Of a stretch of DNA of 64,000 nt, positions 39,749 to 50,259 are shown one piece after another. Under the pieces are notes generated by a model, which made no database searches, was not told the DNA's origin, and saw nothing but the letters and a program-made list of their open reading frames with translations. The position numbers and the translations under genes were made by a program. Each line of letters opens with the position of its first letter. The first letter of the stretch is position 1. Source of the DNA: Patescibacteria group bacterium (GTDB taxonomy: Bacteria > Patescibacteriota > Minisyncoccia > Phycocordibacterales > UBA918). The DNA is taken from positions 32,654 through 96,653 of the forward strand of contig JAIETH010000002.1 of the NCBI GenBank assembly GCA_019745315.1, given 5' to 3'.

Positions 39749-41185
39749 TCACTCCTTCCTAACAAAAAGGGACTCGGGCATTTTATTTTCTTTAATTGCC
39801 GCAAGAATTTTTTCGCTCGTTTCTGACATAAAAGGTTTTAGAGAGACAGCAATATCATACAAGGAGGAGACAAGATACGTGATATCTTTTATTCCTTTCT
39901 CTCGATCTGTTTTTATAACCTTGAATGGTTGCTCTGTTTGAATAAACAAATCAAGAGATCCTATTTTCTGCCAAATACTATCGAGTGCCTCCCCCACATT
40001 AAATTTTTCAAAGCTATTAGCATATGCCGCCAAGGCATCCGTATCGTCTTTTATATCAACAGGTTCTTGAAGATGTGTTTCTGCCATCTTCATAATGCGG
40101 GCAGCTAAATTGCCCAATCCATTTGCAAGGTTAGCGTTATACCACTCGGTCAACTTCTCAAACGTTATGTCAGTATCCTCAAATGGGTGAACATGACGCA
40201 GGAGTAAATACCGCGTAGCCTCTGTTCCATATCGCTCCACAAGCTCAAAAGGACTAATGACATTTCCGAGCGACTTACTCATCTTCTGCCCTCCCGAAGT
40301 AATAAAGCCGTGATATACAACTTTTTTAGTCTCACTAAGACCTGCAGATTTGAGCATTGCTTGCCACATAATAGACTGAAAACGTATCTGATCTTTACCA
40401 GCCACTTGTACAGGGAAACCATTTTCCCAAAAGTTTTTATAGTTCCCGTCTGTATCTTCTGGCCACCCAAGCGTTGAAATGTAATTAGTAAGGGCGTCAA
40501 ACCATACATACATAACGTGCCCTGCATCCCCCGGCACCGGAATACCCCAGTCCATACGAGACACCTCTCTCGAGATACTAAAATCTTCGAGTCCCTGCTC
40601 TAAAAATTTCAACGCTTCAAGTCTTCGCCACTCTGGCACAATAATGCCCTCACGCGAAAGATACCCTTCTAAATACTTCTGGTAGTTACTCAGTCTAAAA
40701 AAATAGTTTTCTTCTTCAATCTCTTGTAGTTCAAGATTAGGATGGTTCGGGCACCGACCATCTACCAACTCACTCTCCTTCATGAACATCTCATCCCCCA
40801 CGCAATACAGGCCTTTGTATTTCTTTTTATAAATATCACCTGCTTTTTCACAGCGACGCCAGAGCTCTTGTGCTGCACGCACATGAGCTTCATCTGTTGT
40901 TCGAATAAAATGAATATCGGAGAGGATACCGAGTGTTGGAATTAGTTTTTTAAATTCCGCAGCATAGTGATCGACATAGTCTTGTCGAGACTTCCCCGCT
41001 TCGTCTGCTTTTTCTGCAATCTTCTGACCATGCTCATCAGTACCTGTGCTAAAAAACACCTCTCGACCACTAAGCTTAAAGTAGCGAGCAACGGCGTCCG
41101 CCTGCACAAGCTCAAGGGCGAAACCAATATGTGGGTCGCTGTTTACGTACGGCAATGTTGTCGTAAGATAAAATTTTTCTGACAT
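39749..41185 (-). CDS. metG: Methionine--tRNA ligase (short form)
   Basis: YVNSDPHIG, GTDEHG, YVWFDAL, KMSKS. Confidence 0.96.
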   Translation of the reverse strand: MSEKFYLTTTLPYVNSDPHIGFALELVQADAVARYFKLSGREVFFSTGTDEHGQKIAEKADEAGKSRQDYVDHYAAEFKKLIPTLGILSDIHFIRTTDEAHVRAAQELWRRCEKAGDIYKKKYKGLYCVGDEMFMKESELVDGRCPNHPNLELQEIEEENYFFRLSNYQKYLEGYLSREGIIVPEWRRLEALKFLEQGLEDFSISREVSRMDWGIPVPGDAGHVMYVWFDALTNYISTLGWPEDTDGNYKNFWENGFPVQVAGKDQIRFQSIMWQAMLKSAGLSETKKVVYHGFITSGGQKMSKSLGNVISPFELVERYGTEATRYLLLRHVHPFEDTDITFEKLTEWYNANLANGLGNLAARIMKMAETHLQEPVDIKDDTDALAAYANSFEKFNVGEALDSIWQKIGSLDLFIQTEQPFKVIKTDREKGIKDITYLVSSLYDIAVSLKPFMSETSEKILAAIKENKMPESLFVRKE

Positions 41186-41197
41186 GGTGTGTCGTAA

Positions 41198-42571
41198 TTA
41201 TTTTAAGGCTGCCATCAAATCTGCTATGGCAACACGCTTCTGCTCCCCTGTATCGCGATCACGTACGGTCACTGTATTATCTTCGAGCGTTTCAAAATCA
41301 ATAGTCACACACGCTGGAGTTCCAATCTCATCTTGTCTTCGGTATCGCTTACCAATATTTCCGTTATCATCCCATTCACACATCATTTCCTCTTTGAGCA
41401 TAGAGAATACCTCGCGCGCTTTCGCAACGAGCTCTGGCTTATTTTTCAAAAGAGGAAAGACAGCCACCTTGATAGGAGCAAGTTCGCGAGAAAGCTTGAG
41501 TACGGTACGCGGCTCACCGTTAAGCTCATCTTCTGTATATGCATCAGAGATGAATGCAAGGAACATACGCCCGAGACCAACTGACGTTTCCAATATCCAT
41601 GGAATATATTTCTCTCCAGTAAAAGGATCTGTGTAATTAAGATCAGTTCCTGAATGCTTCATATGCTGAGTGAGATCGTAGTCAGTACGATCATGAATAC
41701 CTTCCAATTCATCAAAGCCATATGACGGAAAATTGTACTCAATGTCCCATGCGTCCTTTGCATAAAAGACAAGATTTTCGTGCTGCTTCCACTTGAGATT
41801 TTCTTCACGAATTCCCATTTTGAGATACCACGCCCATCGCTCTTCCTTGATGCGATCATACGCCTCTTTATTTTCATGCGGCTTCACAAAAAACTGTGTA
41901 TCTGCCTGCTCAAGCTCGCGTGTGCGAAAAAGGAAGTTGCGAGGAGATATCTCGTTACGAAATGCCTTACCAATCTGTACGATACCAAACGGTACTTTTA
42001 CACGCGTCGTATCTACAACATTTTTAAAGTTTAAATAGATACCCTGACACGCTTCTCCAGGAAGATATACAGGCTCTTCGTTAGTACCCGTGAAGTCTCC
42101 CATATTTGTTTTGACCAACAAATTGAATGCGCGCACTGGAGTAAAGTCATGTGCGCCACATTTCGGACACTTTATTTTTGCTTTATGTTCATCAAACAAT
42201 GCATTGAGATCGCTCTCAGACATCTTTTCGTCTGCAGTGACACCTATTTTCCCCAATTCTTTGTCTACACGAATACGTGTATTGCACTTTCGACATTCTG
42301 AGAGTGGATCAGAAAAACCACCAGTATGTCCGGACGCCTCCCAAACACGAGGATCTTTAAACATCGCCGAATCAAGACCTACGTAGTTGTCACGTCTTTG
42401 TACATACTCTTTCCACCACTCTTTCTTGAGATTATTCAAAAGCTCAACCCCATACGGACCGAAATCATACATCCCAGCCATGCCACCATAAATCTCAGAG
42501 CCAGGGTAAATAAAACCCTTGCGTTTAGCGAAAGAAATGATCTTCTCCATCAATGCAGCATCTTTTTCCAT
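41198..42571 (-). CDS. glyQS: Glycine--tRNA ligase, alpha2 type
   Basis: EIYGG, GKAFRNEISP, IGKRYRRQDEIGTP. Confidence 0.96.
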   Translation of the reverse strand: MEKDAALMEKIISFAKRKGFIYPGSEIYGGMAGMYDFGPYGVELLNNLKKEWWKEYVQRRDNYVGLDSAMFKDPRVWEASGHTGGFSDPLSECRKCNTRIRVDKELGKIGVTADEKMSESDLNALFDEHKAKIKCPKCGAHDFTPVRAFNLLVKTNMGDFTGTNEEPVYLPGEACQGIYLNFKNVVDTTRVKVPFGIVQIGKAFRNEISPRNFLFRTRELEQADTQFFVKPHENKEAYDRIKEERWAWYLKMGIREENLKWKQHENLVFYAKDAWDIEYNFPSYGFDELEGIHDRTDYDLTQHMKHSGTDLNYTDPFTGEKYIPWILETSVGLGRMFLAFISDAYTEDELNGEPRTVLKLSRELAPIKVAVFPLLKNKPELVAKAREVFSMLKEEMMCEWDDNGNIGKRYRRQDEIGTPACVTIDFETLEDNTVTVRDRDTGEQKRVAIADLMAALK

Positions 42572-42609
42572 ATATCCACGTTATACCATATTTGACCCTG
42601 GCTGCGTAC

Positions 42610-44559
42610 TTAGTCTCTCTTTGGCTCTACCTGCCCCTCTTCATTCGCGTACTTCGGATCAAGTGAGAGTTTTGTGGTCAGTGCTGGAGCCTCAGAGCGA
42701 AGTGTTGTGCCTGTGAAGCGATCAGTCGCCCTGAAGCGCTGCTCTTCAAGGAGAGTGAGGCTTTGCCCAACCTGGTTTGTGCTTGGTTTGAGAGATATTT
42801 GAAGCGAAGCTTCCTTTGTCCCCCGCGCAGCAATGCTTCCTACGTCCCATGTCACTTCGCGCGTTGATGGATTATAGGTAAACGCGTCAGATGGAGATGA
42901 TATATCAAGCCATGTCACGTATTGAGGAAGGCGCGCAGTCACAACACCATCGGTAACAGCATTGGTACCATTTTGTACACTCATACGAAGTGTAAACGTA
43001 GACACCGACTCAGCACGCGGAGGCACAGGACCCGTATTGGTGAAAGCTCCTATGCTATAGAGAGCAGCTGAAGAAACGGATGCAACGCTCTCTACTTTGA
43101 TACTCCGCTCTACCGTACCAGAGAGCCGCTCTGATACATTTCCTTCAGATACTCGATTCCCCAAAGCACTCACCTTGAATGTAATTTGGGGAGTTCGATC
43201 GTCTTGTGATTGTGGACTCAAAGAAAAACGCACTGTGCTCGAATCTCCTGGCTGCAATGCATTCAATGAATCAGTATCTGCGCTCGTCCACTTAATAGTA
43301 TTTTGTGATGAATCATAATATCCATCGCTTACACTGATCTCAGAACGTCCAAGTCCGCTTCCCGACAAATCAACAGTGATGACTCCATCATAGAGCGTTG
43401 TCGAAAGTGTATTTTCTAGGTCAATAACCACCTGCGCGGTAGCACCCGGAGCAATAGCAACTTCAGCTGAATCAGAACCATTTATATCTACCGACATATC
43501 AAGGAATGGTTCCTCAATTTGTATCTCTTCTTTTTGAACACTAAATACAGACGCCATGCTCCATATATCTCGCTCATTCGGTACTCCTACTGAGAAGGTA
43601 AATACTTTTGTTTCGTCTTGCGCTCCAATGAGAGAACCTTTTATAGAAATTACTTGCTTTTCCTGAGGCTTAAGGTTGCTGATACCCCAGGTATCCCGGC
43701 CAGAAGCTGGGCTTGGTTTTGACTCAATAAAATCAAACCCTTGCGGAGACTCCATCTTAAGAAGCGCTCTTTCAATCTCACTTGGAGAATTTGAAGTCAC
43801 TGTCACTTCAAATTCTACATCTTGTCCGGACGCGCTTTTTGAAACCTGCTCTACAGAGAGGACTATAGGAGACGAACTAATAGTAAAGCGATATGGAGGA
43901 TCAACTTCTTTATAGAACGTTGCATTCGATCCCTCAACGCGATACTCCATAGATATAAGCACTTTCTTTTCTTCGTTTTCTTCCCCAAAGACACGAGCGG
44001 AGAGTGGAATATTAGTAACCTCTCCAGGCTTCAATGGTGCAAGCGGTTTTCGATCGCGAGTAAGTTCTTTTCCACCTTCTTCGGCCGACTGCGTTCCGTA
44101 TGGATACTCAACAATAAGAGTCGCTGATTCAATGGTAACAGCGTTTTTATTTGAGATAGTAACTTGAAAATCTAATTCCTCTCCACCACCCACAACCGAG
44201 GGACCATTTACTTCAATGTCAATATTCTTTCCTGATATCTCATTCTTGCCAAAAAGCAAAAATGAGCCTGAAAGAAGGAGTGCAACACAGAAGAATATTA
44301 ATCCTCCAACAATAATCTTTATGCGATACGATCGTTTATTTTTTTTCATAGATAAAGAAAGATCTTGAAAAGCAGCAACGGGTGCTGGTGGCGTGTATTC
44401 CACCGGCATATCCATTCGCCACTCCGCTGCTACCTCATGAGGTTCGTCTTTCAGCTCTTTTCTGACCTGTGATTCTGGAGGTCGAGTTCGTGAATATAAC
44501 CGCTCGCGCAACTCGCGCAAACGCTCTTCGTGACCTCCCTCAACCTCTTTTTCTTTCAT
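42610..44559 (-). CDS. Single-TM protein with tandem Ig-like extracellular domains
   Basis: 649-aa ORF, one TM, beta-rich repeats. Confidence 0.7.
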   Translation of the reverse strand: MKEKEVEGGHEERLRELRERLYSRTRPPESQVRKELKDEPHEVAAEWRMDMPVEYTPPAPVAAFQDLSLSMKKNKRSYRIKIIVGGLIFFCVALLLSGSFLLFGKNEISGKNIDIEVNGPSVVGGGEELDFQVTISNKNAVTIESATLIVEYPYGTQSAEEGGKELTRDRKPLAPLKPGEVTNIPLSARVFGEENEEKKVLISMEYRVEGSNATFYKEVDPPYRFTISSSPIVLSVEQVSKSASGQDVEFEVTVTSNSPSEIERALLKMESPQGFDFIESKPSPASGRDTWGISNLKPQEKQVISIKGSLIGAQDETKVFTFSVGVPNERDIWSMASVFSVQKEEIQIEEPFLDMSVDINGSDSAEVAIAPGATAQVVIDLENTLSTTLYDGVITVDLSGSGLGRSEISVSDGYYDSSQNTIKWTSADTDSLNALQPGDSSTVRFSLSPQSQDDRTPQITFKVSALGNRVSEGNVSERLSGTVERSIKVESVASVSSAALYSIGAFTNTGPVPPRAESVSTFTLRMSVQNGTNAVTDGVVTARLPQYVTWLDISSPSDAFTYNPSTREVTWDVGSIAARGTKEASLQISLKPSTNQVGQSLTLLEEQRFRATDRFTGTTLRSEAPALTTKLSLDPKYANEEGQVEPKRD

Positions 44560-44587
44560 GCCTATAAGTATATCACTGATGTTCTCC

Positions 44588-45172
44588 TTACAAGTGGCTC
44601 AACGTCAACGCATTTTCGATAGTTTTCTCGAGTACTGGTACAGAAAAATCTTCACTTTGCACACAAATACATGCTTCCTCGAATGTAGCCGCCGAAAGAA
44701 GCCGTGCGTACGAAGCGTGTGGCGATACATATCCCAAGTGACTCAAAAGTCGTAGCAAGAAAACGCGTTCACCAAGAGGATGCTCCGCCGCCCCCAATAC
44801 GTACATACCATCAACGACCTCAGTAAATAACTCAGGGTGACGACCGCCTCCCTGAACAAAGCGAGATAGTGAGCGTGTACCAGCCAGTACGGCAGCCCGA
44901 GCGGCGCGAGTACGCGCTTTATAATAAAAATTATCAAGGGCAACGGCGCCGATCACTCGCCACTCAGATCTCCCTCGAACCAATGTCACTTTGGCATATG
45001 AAAAATCCTGAAGACCATATCTCAGTTTTGAAATATGCGCTCGCGTCCCGCCTGCGCGCGCATAGAGCATTCCTCCCTCTTTTGTAAAAAGACGGAGCGT
45101 ACGATCGTGCTCTTTGTCAGAAAATGATCCGCAAACAATTGCTTCTGTGGTATATGTCTCAAAGGTGGCCAT
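44588..45172 (-). CDS. recO: DNA repair protein RecO
   Basis: TEAIV…EHDRTLRLFTKEGG OB fold; LLSHLGY. Confidence 0.8.
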   Translation of the reverse strand: MATFETYTTEAIVCGSFSDKEHDRTLRLFTKEGGMLYARAGGTRAHISKLRYGLQDFSYAKVTLVRGRSEWRVIGAVALDNFYYKARTRAARAAVLAGTRSLSRFVQGGGRHPELFTEVVDGMYVLGAAEHPLGERVFLLRLLSHLGYVSPHASYARLLSAATFEEACICVQSEDFSVPVLEKTIENALTLSHL

Positions 45173-45183
45173 GACGCCCTCTA

Positions 45184-48100
45184 TTATACCAAGGTCACTC
45201 GATATGTTCGTTGATCAAGAGTGAGGGCTTCTCCGTCAGAAGAATCAAAACGAATATCTGTAGCATTCACCGTACGTGCAATCATATCTCTATACTCTGC
45301 CACTATGCTCTGACCCTCTCCATCAGTGTCTACAACAAGAACAATACCGTCTTGTGGCGCGTACCCTGACTGCTTTCGTAATTCTTGAATATGGCGCATA
45401 AGATCTCGCACCTCCCCTTCACGCGCGAGTTCTGGTGTGATCTCTGAATCAAGGGCAACCTCGCTTAATAGGGACTGGTCTTCTACGATCTGTTTTACAT
45501 TCACCTCTTCCTTGATCAATATGAGAAGATCTTCTGTATTTAAATACTCAGCACTCTTGATGCGAAGTGTTTGAAGAGGCTGACGAACTTTTACTCCCAC
45601 CTCATTACGAGCCTCAAGCGCCAAAGATACAACATCTCGTACTTTTTGCATTGCGCGCAAATCTTCTTCTTTTGGAGAAATTGAAATTGAAGGCCATGAT
45701 GCAAGGTGCACACTTATAGGATCAGCTTCTTCGCGCACAACTTGGAATAGGTGCTCAGCAAAAAACGGCATCGCCGGAGCCATCACAAGTGATAGCGTTT
45801 TAAGAATATAACGAAGCGTTGCAAGTGTTGCTCGTTGATCTTCCTCTCCCCCATACTTCAATCGCTCACGTGAGCGTCGCAAATACCACACCGAGAGATC
45901 GTCAATAAAGCCAGTAATTGGTCGCGTTGCTCGATCAAGCTCATACTCTTCCATACCGAGAGTTACATCCGCGACCACCTCTGACATCCGCATCAATATC
46001 CACGTATCAAGTACATGTGTTGAACCAAGCGCTTCTCCTGCTGGCACATCAGACTCTTTATACAACTCATAGAATGAAAGCACATTAGCCAAACGACCAA
46101 TGTTTTTGCGCCCAAGCTCAGCAAGACTTTTTTCAGAAAAGTTAAGATCTTCACCTCGAATGATTGGAGACGAGAGTAGATAAAAACGAAGTGTGTCTGC
46201 GCCATAGACATCAACAACATCCATGGGATCAGGATAGTTTTTTAGCTTCTTTGACATCTTGCGCCCGTCTTCAGCTAACACCAATCCGTTCACAATAACG
46301 TTCTTATATGGCGATCTTCCAAAAAGAGCTGTTCCAAGTACGATAAGAGAATAAAACCACCCACGAGTTTGATCTACTCCTTCCGCAATAAAATCAGCAG
46401 GATACCCTATTTCTTTCTCTGGGTTAAAACGATCAGTATTTTCAAATGGATAATGCTGTTCTCCATATGGCATCGAGCCCGATTCAAACCAACAGTCAAA
46501 TACATCTGGTACGCGTACGAGTGTTTCTCCATCAGTATCTAGAAGTTTAATTTCATCAATATACGGGCGGTGATAATCAAGTTCGTAATTTCGATTATGC
46601 GGCAATGGTACAAACTGAAGCTCTCGCACCTCTGCATTTGTAAAATACTCGCCTGAGTTACGCATCAGTTCGGTCTTATCTATATCTGCACCGAGAGCCA
46701 CCGACTCAAGTCCAAAGAGAGGCCCTGCGTGACTAATGATAAGGATATTCTTGCCCTTAAACTTCGCATCAATATCATAGAGAAATTCACCCACCCTTTT
46801 CTGTACATCCCGACGATTTTCAAGATTCCCAATTTTTGTGAGATATCGTGATTTCCAATCAGGAAAAAGTGCACTGTGTTCTGCCCATGTCTTCCCTTCA
46901 AAATCAGGACCGATCTGCATTTCACCAATTCGATCGTCTTCAATCATCGCTGAATCAGGAAGGTTAAAATGTTTCTGCAAAATTTCTGCAGTTTGTTTTG
47001 TGCGCTCGTAACCAGAGTGGATGATGAGATCGATTTTTTTATCTTTGTACTCTCCCGCAACCTTCTCTACCTGCTCTATCCCTTTTTGTGTCAAAGGATT
47101 GTGAGCCTCCTTTTTGGTACTTACTACGTCAGCCGCATTGCTTTCAGCTTCGCCGTGACGCATGAGGAAATACTGATTACCAGACTTTGGCACATGTGAC
47201 GCAAGCTCCTCGAGTGAGCCAAATACTTTATAGGTATTTGCTTTTTTGTTTTTCCATACCGGAAGCGGTGCTCCCCAATACCGCTGACGAGAGACCGCCC
47301 AATCACGTGCGCCCTCAAGCCAATTTCCAAAACGAGCTGAACCAATATGTTCTGGCACCCATCCAACTTTCGAATTTTCTTCTACGAGCTTATCTTTAAA
47401 ATCGGTAACCCGCACAAACCATGAAGACGTTGCATAGTTAAGAAGTGGTGTCTCACAACGCCAACAGTGCGGATAGCTGTGCACAATGTTTTCTTTTCCA
47501 AAAAGGCGTCCGCGCTCTTTAAGCATCTTTAAGATCAAAACATCTGCATCGGTATGAAGAATGCTCTTCTCAGAATCATCTTTCGGCTTCACAGGGCGCC
47601 CAGAGAGATCAGTAATATGCGACATGAAGTTCCCTTCTGTATCTACATGATGTACTACTGGAATTTCTTCCTTTTGTGCAAGAACAAGATCTTCTTCTCC
47701 GTATGCAGGAGCCAAATGCACTGCGCCTGTTCCGCTTTCAAGTGTTACATAATCAGCATGATAAATTTTCCATGCATTTGTTTTATTCTCTATATCGCGA
47801 TCAGCATAATATTCAAATGGAGGTATGTATGATTTTCCAACTAACTCTGAACCCTTAAACTCTTCCACTATTGAATAGTCTTCAGTCCCGAGCTGAGAAA
47901 TTCGCTCTTTCGCAAGAATAACAAAATCTTTTTTCCCTTCTAGAGAAACTTCAACCTTTACATACTCGTGGTCATTATGAACGGCAGCTGCCATATTGCC
48001 TGGAAGCGTCCACGGTGTAGTTGTCCACACAAGAAGAGACGTATCAGTCACCTCGCGAGCCTCATCCAGAAGCGGAAGCTTCACAGTAACCGCAATATCT

Positions 48101-48720
48101 TTTATATCTTTATAGCCCTGGTTTACTTCAAAGTTTGAAAGTGTGGTGCCGCAACGGGGGCAGAAGTGCATGGACTTAAATCCTTCGTATACCAACCCTT
48201 TTTTATTAAGCTCAGAAAAAACCCACCACACACTTTCAGTGTATGACGCATCCATTGTCTTATAGTCATCGTCCATATCAGCCCAACGACCGAGGCGCGG
48301 AATGATACGCTTCCAATCATCCGCATACTCCATCACAGTATCAGCACATGCTTGATTGAATTTCTCTACCCCAAGCTCTTCAATATCTCTTTTAGTAGCA
48401 AGTCCGAGCTTTTTCTCGATGATGTTTTCAAGAGGGAGTCCGTGACAGTCCCATCCCCACTTACGAGTGACATGATATCCGCGCATCGTTCTATAGCGTG
48501 GAATGGTGTCCTTAATAGTTCCTGCAAGAATATGTCCGTGATGCGGAAGCCCAGTTGCAAACGGTGGCCCGTCATAAAAAACGTATTCACCAAGCGGAGA
48601 TTCTTTTTCTAATGACTTTTCAAAAATCTTTTCTGTATTCCAAAACGCAAGAACAGCTTCCTCACGCAAAGCGACATCACTCACCTTTTTTTCTGTTGTA
48701 GTATCTGGTGTTTTTTCCAT
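45184..48720 (-). CDS. ileS: Isoleucine--tRNA ligase (type 2) with inserted histidine-phosphatase domain
   Basis: DGPPFATGLPHHGH, WTTTPWTLP, SRQRYWG, KMSKK; insert carries MRHGE and SHAG. Confidence 0.95.
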   Translation of the reverse strand: MEKTPDTTTEKKVSDVALREEAVLAFWNTEKIFEKSLEKESPLGEYVFYDGPPFATGLPHHGHILAGTIKDTIPRYRTMRGYHVTRKWGWDCHGLPLENIIEKKLGLATKRDIEELGVEKFNQACADTVMEYADDWKRIIPRLGRWADMDDDYKTMDASYTESVWWVFSELNKKGLVYEGFKSMHFCPRCGTTLSNFEVNQGYKDIKDIAVTVKLPLLDEAREVTDTSLLVWTTTPWTLPGNMAAAVHNDHEYVKVEVSLEGKKDFVILAKERISQLGTEDYSIVEEFKGSELVGKSYIPPFEYYADRDIENKTNAWKIYHADYVTLESGTGAVHLAPAYGEEDLVLAQKEEIPVVHHVDTEGNFMSHITDLSGRPVKPKDDSEKSILHTDADVLILKMLKERGRLFGKENIVHSYPHCWRCETPLLNYATSSWFVRVTDFKDKLVEENSKVGWVPEHIGSARFGNWLEGARDWAVSRQRYWGAPLPVWKNKKANTYKVFGSLEELASHVPKSGNQYFLMRHGEAESNAADVVSTKKEAHNPLTQKGIEQVEKVAGEYKDKKIDLIIHSGYERTKQTAEILQKHFNLPDSAMIEDDRIGEMQIGPDFEGKTWAEHSALFPDWKSRYLTKIGNLENRRDVQKRVGEFLYDIDAKFKGKNILIISHAGPLFGLESVALGADIDKTELMRNSGEYFTNAEVRELQFVPLPHNRNYELDYHRPYIDEIKLLDTDGETLVRVPDVFDCWFESGSMPYGEQHYPFENTDRFNPEKEIGYPADFIAEGVDQTRGWFYSLIVLGTALFGRSPYKNVIVNGLVLAEDGRKMSKKLKNYPDPMDVVDVYGADTLRFYLLSSPIIRGEDLNFSEKSLAELGRKNIGRLANVLSFYELYKESDVPAGEALGSTHVLDTWILMRMSEVVADVTLGMEEYELDRATRPITGFIDDLSVWYLRRSRERLKYGGEEDQRATLATLRYILKTLSLVMAPAMPFFAEHLFQVVREEADPISVHLASWPSISISPKEEDLRAMQKVRDVVSLALEARNEVGVKVRQPLQTLRIKSAEYLNTEDLLILIKEEVNVKQIVEDQSLLSEVALDSEITPELAREGEVRDLMRHIQELRKQSGYAPQDGIVLVVDTDGEGQSIVAEYRDMIARTVNATDIRFDSSDGEALTLDQRTYRVTLV

Positions 48721-48788
48721 AACAAATCCCCCCACCTCCCTAGGCTTTTCATAGTACCACTATCTCAGGAAGGCATCAAAAATGACGC

Positions 48789-49877
48789 TTATTTCACGAG
48801 GGTTATAAGCGGACGCTTTGTGGCTTCTGTCACAATGGTAAACGTCTCGCTCCCAAGTATCTGCCTCCGCTCAGTCTCTACAATACAGCGCCACAAACCA
48901 TCATGAACATTGGTTACATACGTATATCCTCTATATCCTCGCTCATTTCCTCCTGAAATAGTAAATGGGATTCTGCTTTGAGTGACCCACTCGCCACTCG
49001 TCTCATTAAAGTACTGCCAGTGATGAAATATTCTGAGTGAAAATGAGGTCGGCGCAAATACAGAGGTGAAGCAGTGAACCTCATCCCCCTTTGTGTATCG
49101 ATACGTTGTGTCAGCATCGCGCCAAAACTTATACCACGGAGCTTCCTCGTATGTAAGACGATAACTTCCGTCTTCAATTTTTTCAACCTGATGATAGATG
49201 TCTATATTTTTAAGTGAAAGCGGAATAGGCGGAATAATGTTTCCAAAATATAAAAAATTAAGAACAGCAAAAATGATGCCGAGGGAAAATATAATATTGC
49301 GGATATGAAGCTCAATAAAATTTGGGACAATAAGACGTAAGAGTCGTAGGTACAAAAATATAACAATGAGCGCCAATGTCCCGCTTCCTACAAAAACCCA
49401 TGGCCCCATTTTCTTAACAAGAACTGGTACAAACAAAATACAGTATGAAAAAATACCTAAGAAAAATATTGAAAGATTGAGGAGCAACCTCTCCGCTCGA
49501 TCACGCACCATCTCATTCCCTATCATCACACCAAGAACAAGTACGAGAAATGGCCACGAAACCGACCATGAGCCACTTTGGCTATAAAAAACAAGTGTTC
49601 CTGAAAGAAGTGAACCGAAACTAAATTGCACCAAAAGTGGCGCGTACCGCAATACAAAGGCTCGCATTTTTTCTCCTAACTTATCTGCAGTAGCGGCATA
49701 GAGAAGCGCTAAATTAGTGCCGGCATTCAATATATGCGCGAGCAAAATTCCCATTGCAAAAAACTGATCGACGCGTCCGAGCGTTAAAATATCGACAACA
49801 AAACCTCCAACAAAGGCAATGGTGAGCCACCACTGTTTTAGTTTTTGCGCTTTATCGTAATACGAACGAAATACCAT
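48789..49877 (-). CDS. Multi-TM protein with DUF2914-like C-terminus
   Basis: Several TMs then VFAP…HHWQ…GYRGY…GLWRC. Confidence 0.75.
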   Translation of the reverse strand: MVFRSYYDKAQKLKQWWLTIAFVGGFVVDILTLGRVDQFFAMGILLAHILNAGTNLALLYAATADKLGEKMRAFVLRYAPLLVQFSFGSLLSGTLVFYSQSGSWSVSWPFLVLVLGVMIGNEMVRDRAERLLLNLSIFFLGIFSYCILFVPVLVKKMGPWVFVGSGTLALIVIFLYLRLLRLIVPNFIELHIRNIIFSLGIIFAVLNFLYFGNIIPPIPLSLKNIDIYHQVEKIEDGSYRLTYEEAPWYKFWRDADTTYRYTKGDEVHCFTSVFAPTSFSLRIFHHWQYFNETSGEWVTQSRIPFTISGGNERGYRGYTYVTNVHDGLWRCIVETERRQILGSETFTIVTEATKRPLITLVK

Positions 49878-49973
49878 TTCTTCTATTGTATGACCAAAGC
49901 CTCGCGTTACAAACAGACTTTTAGAATAGAAAAAGAACGGCGTATGTGCCGTCCTTGGAATTGATGCCAGGGC

Positions 49974-50099
49974 CTACTTGTCGCGGCGCGGGCGACCGCC
50001 GCCGCACTTGCGACGCGTGCCGACGACGCGATGCGGGTTGGTCAGATTGCCGAACACCTGCCTGCCACGATTGCGGAACTTCTTGCCCTTGATGGTCAT
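49974..50099 (-). CDS. 41-aa highly basic peptide (GC-rich cassette, absent from the ORF track)
   Basis: MTIKGKKFRNRGRQVFGNLTNPHRVVGTRRKCGGGRPRRDK; GGGAGG SD; TTGACA-17-TATAAA; terminator hairpin. Confidence 0.65.
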   Translation of the reverse strand: MTIKGKKFRNRGRQVFGNLTNPHRVVGTRRKCGGGRPRRDK

Positions 50100-50259
50100 C
50101 AGTAGCCTCCCATACCCAACCCCGTCATGGAATTGGATCGTATTTTTATACTTCTATAAGCTCCAAGTGTCAATGGTACGTACGTGCGTATATCTCACCT
50201 ATATCAAAAACACGCAATGAGCACCTGGACTCATTGCGTGTTTTTAAATAATTACTTAG

